This document shows, piece by piece, positions 1 through 14,300 of a stretch of DNA of 64,000 nucleotides. Position 1 is the first letter of the stretch, and each line of letters starts with the position of its first letter. The DNA is from Asterias rubens. Lineage: Eukaryota. The stretch lies in contig NC_047071.1 in assembly GCF_902459465.1 (NCBI RefSeq), positions 13,330,001 to 13,394,000 of the forward strand. Direction: 5' to 3'. The notes under the pieces were generated by a model. The model ran no database searches, was not told where the DNA came from, and saw nothing but the letters and a program-made list of their open reading frames with translations. The position numbers and the translations under genes were made by a program.

Positions 1-542
1 AAATAATATTAACTATTATCAATACAGATACATGTACTTGAATGATGGTCTACGAGTGCATCAGCTTGCCTACAGGACAGGTTATTTTATCGTACAAGCA
101 GCCAATTTCACGAGCCTGCATGATTTTAAACGGCTGTTTAAGACCATGTCACTACTCTTTTATTCCTATTCAATGCCCTTTTATTAAAAAGCATAATAAT
201 GTTGAACAAATCTGTTAAAAAAATTCTGAACATTTCTAGTTTCTGCCACGTTATCGGGTTTCGCGTAGGGTCAAAATTTGCATTGAAGCTCACTGGTTGT
301 GCGTATGCGGGCAGGCTACTAGTTTTAACACTGAGTACTTGTATTAAATGTGTTATGAGTAAATTATTGCCACGCGTAAGCTTGTGCACCGCCACAGCAA
401 TGTTAAAGAACATTACTGTGTTTACATTACACATTTAAACACACACACGTGATGCCCTCTCGACAAATCAGAATAAACTGTATAAACTGGATAAACTGTC
501 CCGTGTATTTATGAACAATAAATAATAGCTGTGCGTTGTTAC

Positions 543-3500
543 CTGATCGTAGGCCATATGGTCGGTGGGAAGTGTCTTCATAATCTCCAGGTATACTTCA
601 TTAATCTCCTGACCTCGGAACAGGTTACTGTCCAACTTCTTGATTGTAGTTCCGTCCACCTTGAAATTATTAAAACATTCATCCACTTATGGTCACATTT
701 ACTTTTTAAAAGGAGCATACCGGTTTACTGTTAAAGGGTTTGGGTACTCTTTGTACGACACAAAACACATACGTCTACAGATATACATTAAACTTATACG
801 GTTCAACATGTTTAAAGAAAATGATGGTAGAAAGCTTCCATTGAAACATTATTTGACTAAATATATTTCAGTTAATACACATGATTTTCACAACTCTCCT
901 GAAAACATTGCTCTGTGTTTTTCGTTTTTTTACGCAAAAACTTGACGACTAATTTAGGTAATTTATATTACATACAGATGAGATGCCTAGCCTTTGCTAC
1001 TCACATCATCATTCAGCTCATTGAACACAGTGGTGTTGAGTTTGAGTGTAATGGATGACAGGCTAACTCTCTCGGACACACGGACATCTGAGGTTCGGAC
1101 GACCGACTTGTTGGGCATGCGTGTGGTGACCGTCGCTGGCTGGGGGTGGGTGGGATCTGATATCTCAATCCTAAGGTGAAATTTCAAAAAAACAAAAATT
1201 ACATAAAATAAAACCTTGGAGAAGTGGTTACACTGCAGGGGCCAATTTCATAGAGCTGCTTAAGCAAAAACAGTTCAACTGTTATGAACTGTTATGAACT
1301 ATTTGTTGCAAATATGCGACGTCAAAACTCGTATCGCATTCACATTTGCAGGAAGTATGAACTGGGCTTAATGGTTAAAAGTTGCCTTCTGCCGAAAAAA
1401 TCAATACTGCCTGTGCAACAAGAAATGGATTTTTATTGATGAATTGAACTGGCTAGGGAGTACACTTACTTTTCCTCTTTCTCTTCAAGTGCACGTTGTT
1501 TCTCAATCTTCTTCAACTCTCTCTGTAACACTTCCCTCCGTGCATCTGCTCTTGCCGTCTGTGAGATCGCCTGTTAGAAGATTCACGACACCAAAGTGGA
1601 TAAATTACTGAGTCTATTATTTAAAACCCTCAGCAGATTTTCCTAGACTGTGCAAGTCTCGCTCAAATCAAAAAACGAGAAAAAACAAAGCAACACTTTT
1701 TGTGGGTAATAAATTTTTTGTTAACTTAAGAAACCAATTTGTAGAAAGATTAACTGTGTCGCCATCTTTATAACAGACTGCAATCATATTTACATCACAA
1801 AGTGCGCAACCAATCATTCCACTGATAAAAAGCATTTGCGCGAACGGTTACGCTTTGTTTGCGCAAGTGGAACCAAACCATTTATACCTGTAAGAGAGGA
1901 GGGAGGTCTTCATCCTCAGCAAGCTGCTCGTCTCTCCCATCGTCCCTCGCTGACCGATATGCTGATAGCTTCTTAAGGTCCTGCTGGATGTACGCTCTTG
2001 TATCTTCAGGCTTGATGTCTGCTTTGTCAGTCTTCGGTGTTGATGGCTAGGGGAATAACAACATTTAAAAGCATGGAATAGGGCTAACCTGTACTGGGGC
2101 ATGTTCATTTATTATTATGAGAAAATAGAATTAGCTGTTGTTGCACACACCTTACCGACCAAAAAGACTCGTGATATAAGCGCGGAACAAAATAGTTAAT
2201 GCCCTGGCGTTCAGATCCCCAGCAGAGTCTTCGAGAAAGATTCTGCTAGGGTCCAAAGTTTAGCCATTAACTATTTTTTGTTTTCTTTTTATAATTGAAT
2301 TTGACCTTTAGAACGGTGCACAAATTCCTCTTTGGGATGTAAAGACTATAGAATATATTATTTGTTGTTGCTGTCTAATAAATTTCAATCTGAAAAAGTA
2401 TCAAAACGAGAATTTACACAATTTTAAAATTTTATTTTTTGGTTAACTTTCTTGACATTGGAGCCCCTCTTTAACCATTCCAAATATAGAAACTTACTTC
2501 CTTTGGGTCAAACTCAATACTACGCCTCCTGCGGTGTACAGAATTGTAGTCAATACCCAGTTCATCAAACAGTGTATCAATCACTATCTCATCCACAGAG
2601 TGTGATCTCCTCAGCTTGGCCCTCGGTCGAGCTTTCCTCTCCTTGTCTCTGCAACATGAACGGGAACAAAAAATCATCAAAGAATAATTTTTTGATATCC
2701 GCTTTTCAGATTTCTGAGGCTTGATGTCCATTTGCCAGAGATGCCGTTGGTATCTTTCCACTATCAAGTGTGTATGATAATACCAGATTTAGGCTGTTTT
2801 CTCAGCAGACACTGCACAAAGTTGAAATGTTGACAAGTGATGGAGCACCAAAAGGCCAAGACCATGGGCAACAAGACAAGACCTGCAAGCAGAATAAACT
2901 TCTCATCCCCGTTTCACTCGTTCCAAAATGATACAGACGGCTAAAGAATCCTTCTACCATCTCATGTCCCCTCCAAGCCCCTCTGTCCGAAACCCACGAC
3001 CCACCTGTCAACTCTCTGTCTCTCTGCCTCTTCGTCCACCTTGAGCCTCGCAGCACGCACGGTGGCCGTTCTCTCAGCGGAAGTCTGCTTCAGCAGTCCC
3101 CTCTGCAGGACGTTCACGTCAGGCAGGTAGTCCAACACCTTATGGGACTGGATCGGTGGCATCTGGCGTTTCAGATCACGCACCTCTCGCTCTACTGTCT
3201 GGCGGTAGCGCTTCTTACGTTTGGGGCGGCTGGTCTCAATCTAGTTAGGTTTTCATATTACAAAAGTAAGTATTCATGACAAGAAATGACAACTAGCCCC
3301 GATTTGAACCAGGCATGACTATGTGGTCCTTCAAAAACTGTAGGATTAGTTTATCAGGTACAAGGACTGGCTCACACATGTACATGGTGTAGGCTTTCAT
3401 GGTAATTTCAGGCTACTTAAATCACAAGTTTCTGATTTTTCCAAGGGCAAACAAATCGGATATCAGACCTAAAGTAGGAAAAACATCATGCCTGTGTAAT

Positions 3501-6500
3501 TTATCATCTATCATGTCTATGAAATTGTTACGGTACCCGCTGCTAAAATAATCCTATAGGATTCAAACTACCTCTAGCTACCGGGAGATCTCAGTGGTCT
3601 CAGTAGTTGGTAAGACACTACTCTAGAATTGCAATGATCATAGGTTTGAATCTCACCAGAGTAATATGCCTGTGATTTTGTTTAAGTACAGGGGAGAAAA
3701 AACCACCAAGCGAATCCAAAACACCTTCAAGAGACCAAGCAATTTCAGAAAAAAATGGCTGTGCACACCCAGGTCAAAATTCCAGTTGAACCAAGTTAAC
3801 TGGGGTCAACTGGTTCAACTGGAAAGTGACCAAACTCGTCCATTTTCCATATTAACCAACTGGTTTGGACTAGGTTTAACTGTGTTCAACTAGGTTGAAA
3901 TTATAAACCAGTTGGTTTCTGTCCATTAAACCAACTGGTTTTAACTGTGTTTAACTAGTTTATCAACTGGTTTCAACTAGTTCCAGTTAAACCCAGTTAA
4001 ACTAGGTTCAACTTGAATTTCGACCTGTGTAGACACAAGTTTCTTTACCAGTTTTTGATAAGAGAGGGGGGCCGCTTCATCTTCTGCTGGAGCATCATCG
4101 GGATATTCCTCCTCTGAGTCTGACGAGACACCTCTGATATCGGCAACAATGTGACGACGTACTGCAAGGATGTTTAGGCTGCAGAAGAGAGCAAATTTAA
4201 TTATACTTCTTATTTAATTAATAATGCAAGGGGGTCGAGCGGTCCTGTCATTGGGGTTTGGGTTTGTGTCCCGGTCATGACTTTTGTGTCCTTGAGCAAG
4301 AAACTTCACTATAATTGCTTCTCTTCATCCAGGGGTATAAATGATAATGATATTGTGTTTGAAAAAGCCCTTTGAGAGCCATGGCAGCACGGGGATGTAG
4401 AAAGATTACAGGAATGTTATTGGCAAACTGACCAGCTGTCGATTTTACCAACTTAGGATTAATCTTAGGACTTAGGATAAATTGAGCCAATCCTAAAGTT
4501 AGGACGGGTTACTTGTCCTAACTTGAGATAGGATTAATCCTAGCATTTTGTGAAATCGGCTGTAGGGCACTAAATGCAAATCGCATTGATACGTCAGTGT
4601 TAAAATGCGATTTATAAGAACTACTGTAGTAATTATATTAAAACTTTCATGAACTCAGCCCGATTTACCACTTGATAACATATTGCAGCCCAGCATAGTT
4701 TATCTATCATTCAAAACCATGTTTACATGTACCTATGTTAGTTATACAATGTTTCGGACCAGTACAATCTGAACTTACAACTTGTTGGCATCGATAGAGA
4801 GTTGAGCATTAAGCCTGCTCATGTTGGCTGGTTTGCTGAAAACAGCTCGATGCTCTAACACTGGAAAAAAGAAATGGAAGTTTGTTCATGTCAAATTTTA
4901 TTCACATTCTCTTGAGGGGGGAGGTCTCAAGTCTCTATTAGGGCAAGTCTCGAGTCACTGAGGGAATTTTTCTTTTTAGGGCAGGTTTCAAATCTCTGCT
5001 GAGCCTTTGTCATCTTCGCCTGTCTGGGAGTAAATTTCAGCCCACCTCCTCAAGCTCCCATCTGTGGTTCATGGGTGCCTGCTTGGTTACCAGTGATACA
5101 TTCACTGGTTAGAGTTTTCGAAACTGACTTTAATCCAACAAACAGGGGCATGAAAGGGGCTCTATAGCTTTACTTTTGGGTGCACATTTGAAACGAGTAT
5201 AACAATTCAGTCTCAGTAAGGCAAAAAGTATTTTCGCATGCGCAACGGACAACGGATTACGCGAAGAAATTGCTTTTTGATTTTCACTTTTTTTTCTTTC
5301 TCAAAAACTTAATGGCGACTGATGAACTGAAACTTCTACGGGTAATGTACACGTATATTACATACTGTACATTGTACATCTTCATTCACAGTGAGTGAGG
5401 ATTCATGTCATGGGCAAACAAATTAATCTACAAAAGTTATCAAACCCCTTAAAAAAAATTTTTAAACAAAAAGTTTAGGAAAAACAACACGGGACAAATA
5501 ATAATAAAAATAATAATAATATACGTATTTATATAGCGCCTTTAACACAGATCAAAGGACTGAACAATAAATGAAACAAGAACAAAGCGAGAAAGGAGAG
5601 ACAAACAGAACAACAAAGGATTAATGACAAGGCTGAATGAACAAGTAGGTTTTGAGTTTTGTTTTGAAAATGACAAACAGTGACAACTCGGGACAAACAG
5701 TGACATACCTTTTGCCTTCTCCATGTAGTGTAGAAAAAGCTGCTCACATACTGTCACAATGTGAACAGTGATCCTCCTCTGAAGTTCCTTGTTCTCATTT
5801 GCAGTCTGTAAAGAATAAACAACAAAGACACACTTGAACTTACAGTGATGATTAAGGGTAGTTATGAACCAAAAAACGAGCAAAATGAGCCAGATTGAGT
5901 TTTAACCAGCAAAAGCGAGGTATGAGATTTAAGGCATTCCATGGCGAGGTATTAATTTATGTTTGGTTTGAGGTAACACTTTTCTACTTGCTTGGTAAAT
6001 TATTTTCTTTCAAGAACTTGTCTTGCTTTATATTCTACTACCACAGATTAGATTTTTGGGAAAATAGGTAGACTTCTCTACTACTGCAGAGTAGATTTTC
6101 GGAATTCAGGAGACTTCTCAGTTCTGAAAAGAACCCAATCCACATGCAAGGCTCCGGTCTGAGGTGGGATTCGAACCGTGGTGGTGAAAGACAGGAAAAG
6201 AAACAACGGAGCGAAGATGAAGACGTACCCAAGGTGGGAGTATCTGAAAAACACAAATCGCTACATATTTTCAGAACCTACCAGGAATGGATCGTCCACT
6301 TGTCTCCTGATGTCGGGCCAGATGCAATTGACTTCACCCATGATTATACCAGCCTATCACAGGAAGAAAGAAGAGATTTGATTTAGAAAGAGGAGTCTTG
6401 TTTCATTAATAGTGGCTTCTTATAACACGCTCAAATCAGTCCCTCAGTGATGATCATAGCACTTTATAGCATTCAGTATTTTCCTGCAAGGTATGCAGAT

Positions 6501-8939
6501 CTACATGTTAAAGTATGAGACCTTTTCCTTTACATAGCAACATGTAATAGTTTTACATGGTGCTGTGGCGCAATATGCTGCCAATCAAACCAGGAACACA
6601 GGGGACGAACCCCTCCTCTTTACGATAAGTGAACTAGGTTCTATTAAGTGCAGTACACAATGCATGGAGCCTACCGCTTGTTGGACCGGTTGACCGTTCT
6701 GGCAATCCAGTGGATTACAGCCATGTCAACAGGAACATTCTTTTGAGCCTAACAAACACGACTATTGAGACGCTGCCTTAAGCCCTGTTCATACTTCCTG
6801 CGAATGCGATACGAATTTGCCGTCACAAATACGCAACGTACACTTCACATCAGTTTACTTGTGCTCAACTCCTACAAAACATTCGCTACGAAAGACACCA
6901 AATGTGACGTCAAAATTTGATTTAAACCACGCTTTATTTTTGTGCAACTTGTGGAAATGAGGGTCAGGATAAAGACAAATAAAAACACATTGAAATAAAA
7001 ACTCAGACTAATTTTTTCCATTTACCAATGTTTGTTGCTCGTCTACTGTGATGTGAGTGACATCGGGCCTTGAAGCAATCCTACGTCGGATCAGCTTGGC
7101 CAGCTGAGTGAATGTTGAGGGTGGATTCTTGATACTTTCCTACAATTGGGTTTAGGAGGGGAATAATACATATTGTTATGGGTGTTGCTGGCATGTGTTA
7201 TTATATGTTCAAACTTAATGCAGACTTTAAAGCTTCTAGCTAAAAAAATTTTTTTTTAAATAGTTAATGGCAGAATGCTTTGCATTTGTGCAATAGAAAG
7301 AAACATTTATTAATTCGTTGATACATGTAGAGGGAATGTTCCATTGAGTTTTTTGTTGTTTAGTTTTTTATGAGAGATCACACAGCGACATGACCACTTG
7401 AAGGTGAGGGCTTGATTTGGGCTATCCAACCAGGGGCCCATAGCACCTACTCCTGGGGCTGAAACAGAGTGACCCCTTTACAGTCCGTAAAGGATGTAGG
7501 CATGGGTATCATCCACTAGGAGCCTTGCTGGCAGAGCAGAATGCACTACCAAGTGCCTTGCTCAACTCAAGGGCACAAGTTTCATGACCCTGTAACCAAC
7601 CCACACTCTGCTGCTAACAACACTAGAGCTTGGGTGCTGTCAACTGCACCGCACAGCCACGACAAACCAAAGAACATTCCATCTCTCAGCCCATGATCAA
7701 AATTTCTGAGAGCAAGAAGAAGCTTCAAGAGCACACTTACATCAATGGGAGTCACTGGTCGCTTAATGTCCAACTCAATTTTTTCTGGAACTAAAACAGA
7801 AAGAATGAAAATTGTATCAAGGTTAGTGGCAGTCGATTTGGAGGTGCTATTGACTTAATAACCAAAACAATTTACATTTTTTCAAAAGTAAGTCAACCCT
7901 AAAGTATGGAAGAGAACATTTGAGACACTATAACAAAAACCCTCCCATTTGACAACTAGCAATGCTTGTCTCAATAAACTAGTCATATCTAAGGGATATT
8001 GAAGTAACTTGAAGGATAAACAAAGGCCCGTTTGTGTGAGAGTCAATTGGGAATTCCCTTGAGACAGCAGACAAGTCTATGTTGTAAAAAATCTAGTGGG
8101 TAATTGGCCCTGTTCTGGCCACTCAAATTTTAAATCATGTTTCTCAAGCGTATTCTCTTAGAAGTCAAGTTAAATGTGATTTTAATTAAATTAAGAAAAA
8201 TTAAAATGCTTAGGCAGTAAAATTAAATAAATAACTTCAATATAATTACCTTTCTCGTTTAAATAAGGAGCAAAAAGACTCAGAGGCCCAAGGATGTCTT
8301 CATAACGCCTCTGTAAATCACGCTGCAAAGAGATATAATCAAATTATTTTGAAATTGTACGGAAAATGAACTGGAGGCACTACATTTTTGGGAAGTTTGT
8401 GGGCAACAATAGTTCACAATAAATAAATGTTTGTTTGTTTAGAGGATCTTCCCGCAAAGGGAACTCAGCAAACTCCCACAAGGGGATACAGATGCCAATA
8501 GCCAATCTCTCTCCATAACTCAACAAATTGTGTTTCAGTTACTAGACAACAATACTTTTTCTAGTCATTGTGAAATCAGCAATCGTCAATGAAAAACATT
8601 AATGTATAAACAGTTGATTTTATAAATTTATTGTTTACTTGATTTATCACCAATCAACATTATTCCAATTCAGAAAATTACACGGAGGTCACGGAGACCA
8701 TGACCTCCGTTACCCTTAACTCGGCCTTGGTGCCCCTACAAAAAAGTTTCTCATAGACTTTAAATTTTCTAATGGAAGTGCCCTTTGCAAACTGAAATGG
8801 CCTTGCCCTCTCAAAGATGAAATTTCACAACAATACTTACAGTTCCAAAGCCGAGCTTCCCCAAAGTGTAAAGCTCTTCTTTTCTATGCAGTGACTGTGC
8901 ATCGTTGAACGGCTTCTGGTCACTCTGAGCTGCAGCCAT
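543..8939 (-). CDS. CCDC87: CCDC87-like protein, N-terminal 521 codons; 3' end not found in window
   Basis: Exons with GT/AG ends and consistent phase: 8841-8939 (ATG, MAAAQSDQ), 8250-8310, 7741-7790, 7026-7139, 5709-5805, 4779-4860, 4049-4178, 3005-3240, 2498-2648, 1888-2046, 1470-1570, 1005-1170, 543-659. Peptides VCEQLFLHYMEKAKVLEHRAVFSKPANMSRLNAQLSIDANKFL, DLPPLLQ, HPQPATVTTRMPNKSVVRTSDVRVSER and EVYLEIMKTLPTDHMAYDQ resemble vertebrate CCDC87 blocks (recalled, not searched). The ATG exon has an acceptor (exon starts 8967), implying a non-coding first exon; candidate donor at 9856. Confidence 0.75.
3770..4027. mobile_element. Palindromic MITE-like element
   Basis: Terminal inverted repeats CAGGTCAAAATTCCAGTTGAACC / GGTTCAACTTGAATTTCGACCTG with internal AACCAGTT/AACTGGTT repeats; TSD unresolved. 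Confidence 0.6.
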
Positions 8940-10419
8940 GATGGATTATTCACTTTATTCCGCACCGCTGGGGAAAAAAAGAATTGAATTTCTCCATGAT
9001 TTGTTAAATTTCAGGCAGATTTACATATATTATTTTTTTTTTTTCATCCTGTCCCTGGATTTTATTTTATTGCTCTCTAACCAAACATAAACTTACATTA
9101 GAAAAGACAATAAATAAAACGGTGAGTTGTTACAGCAAAATAGAATTTAACAGAGTGCAGAATACTTATTCAATTTTGAATTAAATTTATGAGAAGTTAA
9201 CAGTTCCATTGACAACTGAACTGAATCATTGTAAGATATTTCCCGCAGACTAGGCTTTGCTAAAAATGCAAGGACGTCTGTCTTTCATTTGTGTTTTGTG
9301 TCACCATAGAGTAAGGACAGAGTGTCACTGTCCTGTCAGTACTCACATGGAAAGACTTGCCGTACAACGTATTTTTTTAAACGTATTGACGTAAGCATGA
9401 CAACAGTCTAAATAAGACTGAATAATCAAATGCCAAACCCCAAACATTGTTTTCATGGACTGTCACTGACAATGAAAATGGTCGTAAGAAATAGTAGAAC
9501 ATGGAAAAGAAAGTATCAACAAAAAAGTAGAGTACGACCAGTCCCAGAATTTCAGAAAGATTTCTGCCATCACTTTTTCATTAAATTTTACCCAAAAAAA
9601 GAAAAAGGAATCTATAGAGTATAGCTATAGCCTATATCGTATATCCCTTTTTGTTAAATAATGAGTGAAAAAAGTGGTGGCAGGATACGGCAAGTTTTCC
9701 CCGTCCGTGTGTTTGTATAATAAAAACAAAACGTCAGAAAGATTTAATTAAAACACTGACAATGCGAGTCGTGACATCGTGAATAAACTACATTATTGCA
9801 TTGTTATCTCATTCCTCCCTTTATCACTACAGGGACAAGTACTTACATGACTTACCTTAAACGAAAAAAGGTTCCATTTTACAGACCTTATGGCATGGAA
9901 ATCTCAACAAATTGGGGACCAAATTGAGACTTACTCATTCCATTTTATCCCCGTTAAAGTCTGGTTCCGATGCATGGCGATCAATTTGTTTAGCGCAGTA
10001 AGCAAAACCTTGGATTCGCAACTCAGGATGAACCAGACTGTCGGCTGTATGTTGCTAAGGAGTGTAGATTTTACAGTGTAGTTCGTGATAAATTTGCAAG
10101 TTCTCTACGTATAGTTCGGGTTAATAGCTTGGATGGAAGAGACCATAGAGTAAAGAGACCATGCTAATGAGGCTCTACTCTATGCTGAGACCAACTTGAC
10201 AACTTTATTTAATTCAAGATTAGGGTATTTTTGTCTGATGTAGTTTTCCACTCGGTTAGGAACTTTAGGAAAAAATAATATATCCTATATTACTTATTAC
10301 CTACCCCATGCGTTACCCATCCCCCCTAGGGCATTTTTTTTAGAGGGGATGCCGGTAACGGATGGGGCAGGTGCATGTTAGTTTTCCTTCTATTCAACTC
10401 CACCCAGCGATAGGCATGA

Positions 10420-10753
10420 ACTCGACACCAACTTCATTATCTACCAATCCAGGCATCACGAGACTCATTCAAATTGTCCTTCTTTATCCGCACCATTCCA
10501 ACCTGGAACAGGCTCCCGTTGGAAGCAGTGACAGCAATCAGTCAAGGTTTTTCAGGCAGTGGTCCTCTTCCGGCGGTGAGAGACATGCGTCCCACCACCA
10601 CCCATCAACAGCTTTAAGATGATGAGGATGTTTTTACTCGCACCTTGTAAAATACTGCACTTTCACGGCCACACAACACGAGCACCCCTATACCACACCT
10701 TGGACAAGCAGGTAGCTGTCTAGGTGGTTATTCATCAAGCATCAAGCATCAAG
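10420..10753 (+). mobile_element. 3' remnant of a non-LTR retrotransposon (CR1/L2-group-like)
   Basis: Frame at 10420-10518 reads TRHQLHYLPIQASRDSFKLSFFIRTIPTWNRLP, matching the typical ORF2 C-terminal F.SFF.RT...WN.LP motif; ends in a (CATCAAG)3 tail at 10733-10753. Confidence 0.7.
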
Positions 10754-11302
10754 GTGTTTTTTAAGCCACAGGGAGGCGCACAATTTTTTGCTGTATGAAA
10801 CGAATTGCCACTGAGTGCTTTTCAATGGGGAAGGTTTTTTTCCTAAATTGATTAGAGAAAGGGAATCCTTTAAAAATAAATCTGGGTTTTTTTTTTTTTT
10901 GAGGATGGCAATTCAATACTACTATACAGGAAAAAAATGCGTTCTGCATGCAGAGTCCCAACAAAACATTATAGCCTTTTCCTGACACATTTTGTTTTTA
11001 TCTATTTTATTATAATTTATGAATATTTTATTGTGTATTTTATTTTATTTTATTTTATTGCACTACATTAGCTACAAGTCAATAAGAGACACATATCCAC
11101 AAAATAAAGTAGGCCTACAAATAGTTTGGCTGAAACTACATTATTTTCTTTGAGCAAAGGTGCTCTGCACTACTTTATTTATGCACACTCTCGCGCAGTA
11201 ATAACATCCTGTAAAATGTGTTGTAAGGCCTAAAACGTAATCGTCAATGCTGTCTGCTAACTCCTGAACTGCTGAAGCGACGGTCAAGATCCAAAGTCAA
11301 AC

Positions 11303-14300
11303 ATGTCCGTTTGTCAAACCCGTCTGGCCTCTCAGCTGATCGGAGAACATTTTGGTGATATCGTTGAGAAAGTCTGTACCCATCTCATTAGAAATGGACC
11401 CAAACCTCTACGTGTTATTGCTCAGGAAACGGGACTTATCAATGATCAGGTATTTTGTATTGTCACGTTATTTTTTATGTGTCAGTCTGTGTGTGGAGTA
11501 CTATGAGTTAACCGTATATTTCCGACAGTATGGGGACTGCGAGGAAAGTAAGAAAGAAACAAGAAGAAGACAAATCAACTGTAGCCAATTGATTTCATTT
11601 TGCTTTTTGCTCTATCCATTTTGGGGTTAAATTTTTCCTTTCTTTATACTTTTTAGTAATGTCTGTTTTGTTCTGTTTACTTTTGGGTTGTACTTTTTGT
11701 GCTTTAATTAAAACTTGTCAAACCATGGCATGGAGGTAGAAATACTAATAGAGGTATTTCTTCCTCCATGGTCAAACTAAGCATTTTGTGTTTTTTTTTT
11801 TTTTTATGGAATTGGTGCGAATTGGTTTTCAATAAACAGTTAAAAAAAAACATACATGAGATACACTAACATTAAGACACTAATCTCCTGATAAGTTTAT
11901 AAATATTTGGAAAGGTGCCTGTTCTTTGTACTACCATGGATGTACCATGACTACCAATCCCCCTTTGCAATAAACCCCATAAAATATTAAAATATGAAAA
12001 TTGAAGAAATGAAAACTTATATGTCTGTGTTCAGGTGCGTAAAGCTCTGTGTGTTCTCATCCAGCACAACATGGTCTCGTTTACTCTACACAAACGAGGC
12101 TTCGTGGAATACTCTGCCAGTATTGATCCAGTTCTACTCCTGGTGCGCTATCCCCGCTTCATCCATTGTGCCAAGACATTATACGGAGATGCAGGGGAGT
12201 TGATCATCGAGGAGATACTTCAGCATGGTCGGATGATGATGAGTAAAGTGGTCAGACAGGTTACTCAAAGACTCTCAGAGGGTTAGTAACATAATTGCTT
12301 CTCTTCACCCAGAGGTATAAAATGGGTACCTGTGAGGGCAGCTAGAGATGGTTCTTGTAATTGATTCATTAGCTTGGTGTGCTGCATATTTGGCAGCACT
12401 GGCTGTATATTCCCAAGGGAGCTGAGATGGTTTAAGGAATGATATAAAGTGACCATGGTTAATATTGTTGAAGCCCCCATGAGCGTCACTGACTGACGGA
12501 CCTGAGTGCTATAAGAAGCCACTGTTATTATTTTTTTGAATTTATTCCCCCAGGAGGACAATCAGTGAGTTCATCTCATGTCGAGACTCAGATGAATGAT
12601 CTAATCAACACACACTTCCTACAGAGGGTGCCTACCGCTAAGAACGATGATGCCGCTGCAATCATTCCTGAACTACAAATAAGTCAAGAGAACCTCTATA
12701 GGATACCAGCAAGCATTGAAATACAGACGGGTAAGAATAAACTTTGGAAATGAGAAACTGTGGCAAAGCAGTTTGATTCACTTCAGCCTAACATAATAAG
12801 ACACTGAATGGCCACTTCAAGGTAAGGGCTACAATTAACCACAGTCCTGGTGTTGTCAGAGTTTGGGTGCTGTTGGAAAAAGAAGTTCCAACTTCCAACT
12901 CATTACCTCAAAGTGAAGTGTTTCTCAAAATGTTTTTTACAATCAAAAGCTGCTATAGGCTTCTAATCAAAAGTTTGTTCTGTCATTTATTTTAAGAGTG
13001 ATTACCAATCGCCAAACTTTCCCTCCTTTAACCTCCCGATGTTGTGTATTTTTGCCATGTTGTTGTTCTTGATCCATTTTATCTGAAGAATTTCACTCAA
13101 TCAATTAATCAGTATGTGCAATGACACATTGATAAAATTAATACAAACATATCAAACCAGTGACGTTTACTTCTTTTATTTCTTGCCGTTGTGAGAAGCC
13201 AACGTTGCAAAACGGAAAAGGTCAACAGAGCAGGATGACTCCGATAGGACGGCTAAGAGACTGAAAACTGACACAGAGGTAGGAATACAAAAGTGTTGAA
13301 TAGGGGGCCTATAGAATTTCAGATCACTGGTGCCATTTATTTTCATTCCTGAAGCTATCTCAGCTCCCTTGGCAGTATACAGCCTGTGCTGCCAAATTTA
13401 TACCCCTGGGTTATAGTAAAACATCTTGCTCAATGACACAAGTGTCATGACCTGGATTCGAACCCGGATTTTCAATATTATAAGGGCAAGGCCATTTTAA
13501 TTTTGCAAAAGGCTCTTCCATTGTAAAATCTTAAACTCGATGGGAAAATTTTGGAGGGCATCAAGTCCAAGACCAGGGGGAACGGAGGCCATGGCCTCCT
13601 TGGCTTAGCCTGTGTGTAACTCCAGGCCTAGTATCCCTTGTTAATTTTGATTTGTCTACAATCTTTTCTCCTCCAGACTGCTGATGATGATGGAATCTTT
13701 TGGCGTTTAGACTTCCACAAGTTCCACCAGTACCTTCAAGATCACGAAGTGACCCAAGCCATCAGTCGAAGAATAGATTGGGTAAAAAAAAAACATCAAC
13801 ATGCCTTACTGACTATAATACACTCTCAAAGGGTTTTGATATCTTTTTGTATATAAATGAATTTCTACATGTTACTCACTGTGGTAGACGGGGCTTGAAT
13901 TTGGGGGAAACCCTTTATCCTCCCACCAAAGGTCATGACCGTCTAGCCACTGGGCTAGCGCGGTGGTCAAGTGGTAATAAGACTCTTGCAATGGTGGTCA
14001 TAGCTCTAGCGACTCAAAGCTCCTGGGTTTTGAATCCCACCCAAGTAATTTTCCTGTGGATTTTGTTTTCACAGAACTATGGAAAGTACAGAGTATACAG
14101 CGCCTGATACGCATTGGTGTAAGGGTGAACAAAAAGTATACGCTTGTGCCAACTGAGAAAAAACAGTGTCATACCAACTAGACCACCGAGATTGCCCACA
14201 GAGATATGACACTGCTATAAAAAGTCGTGGGGTCGAATCCCATCCGAGTAATATGCCTGGGATTTTTTTTTCACAGAACTCGGGAAAGTACTGAGTATAC

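Noticed and set aside
2649-2767. Upstream extension of the ORF 2471-2767 as an extra CCDC87 exon
   Set aside because: The phase-2 junction 3005 to 2648 already restores the frame; the AG near 2760 leads to a stop in the required phase.
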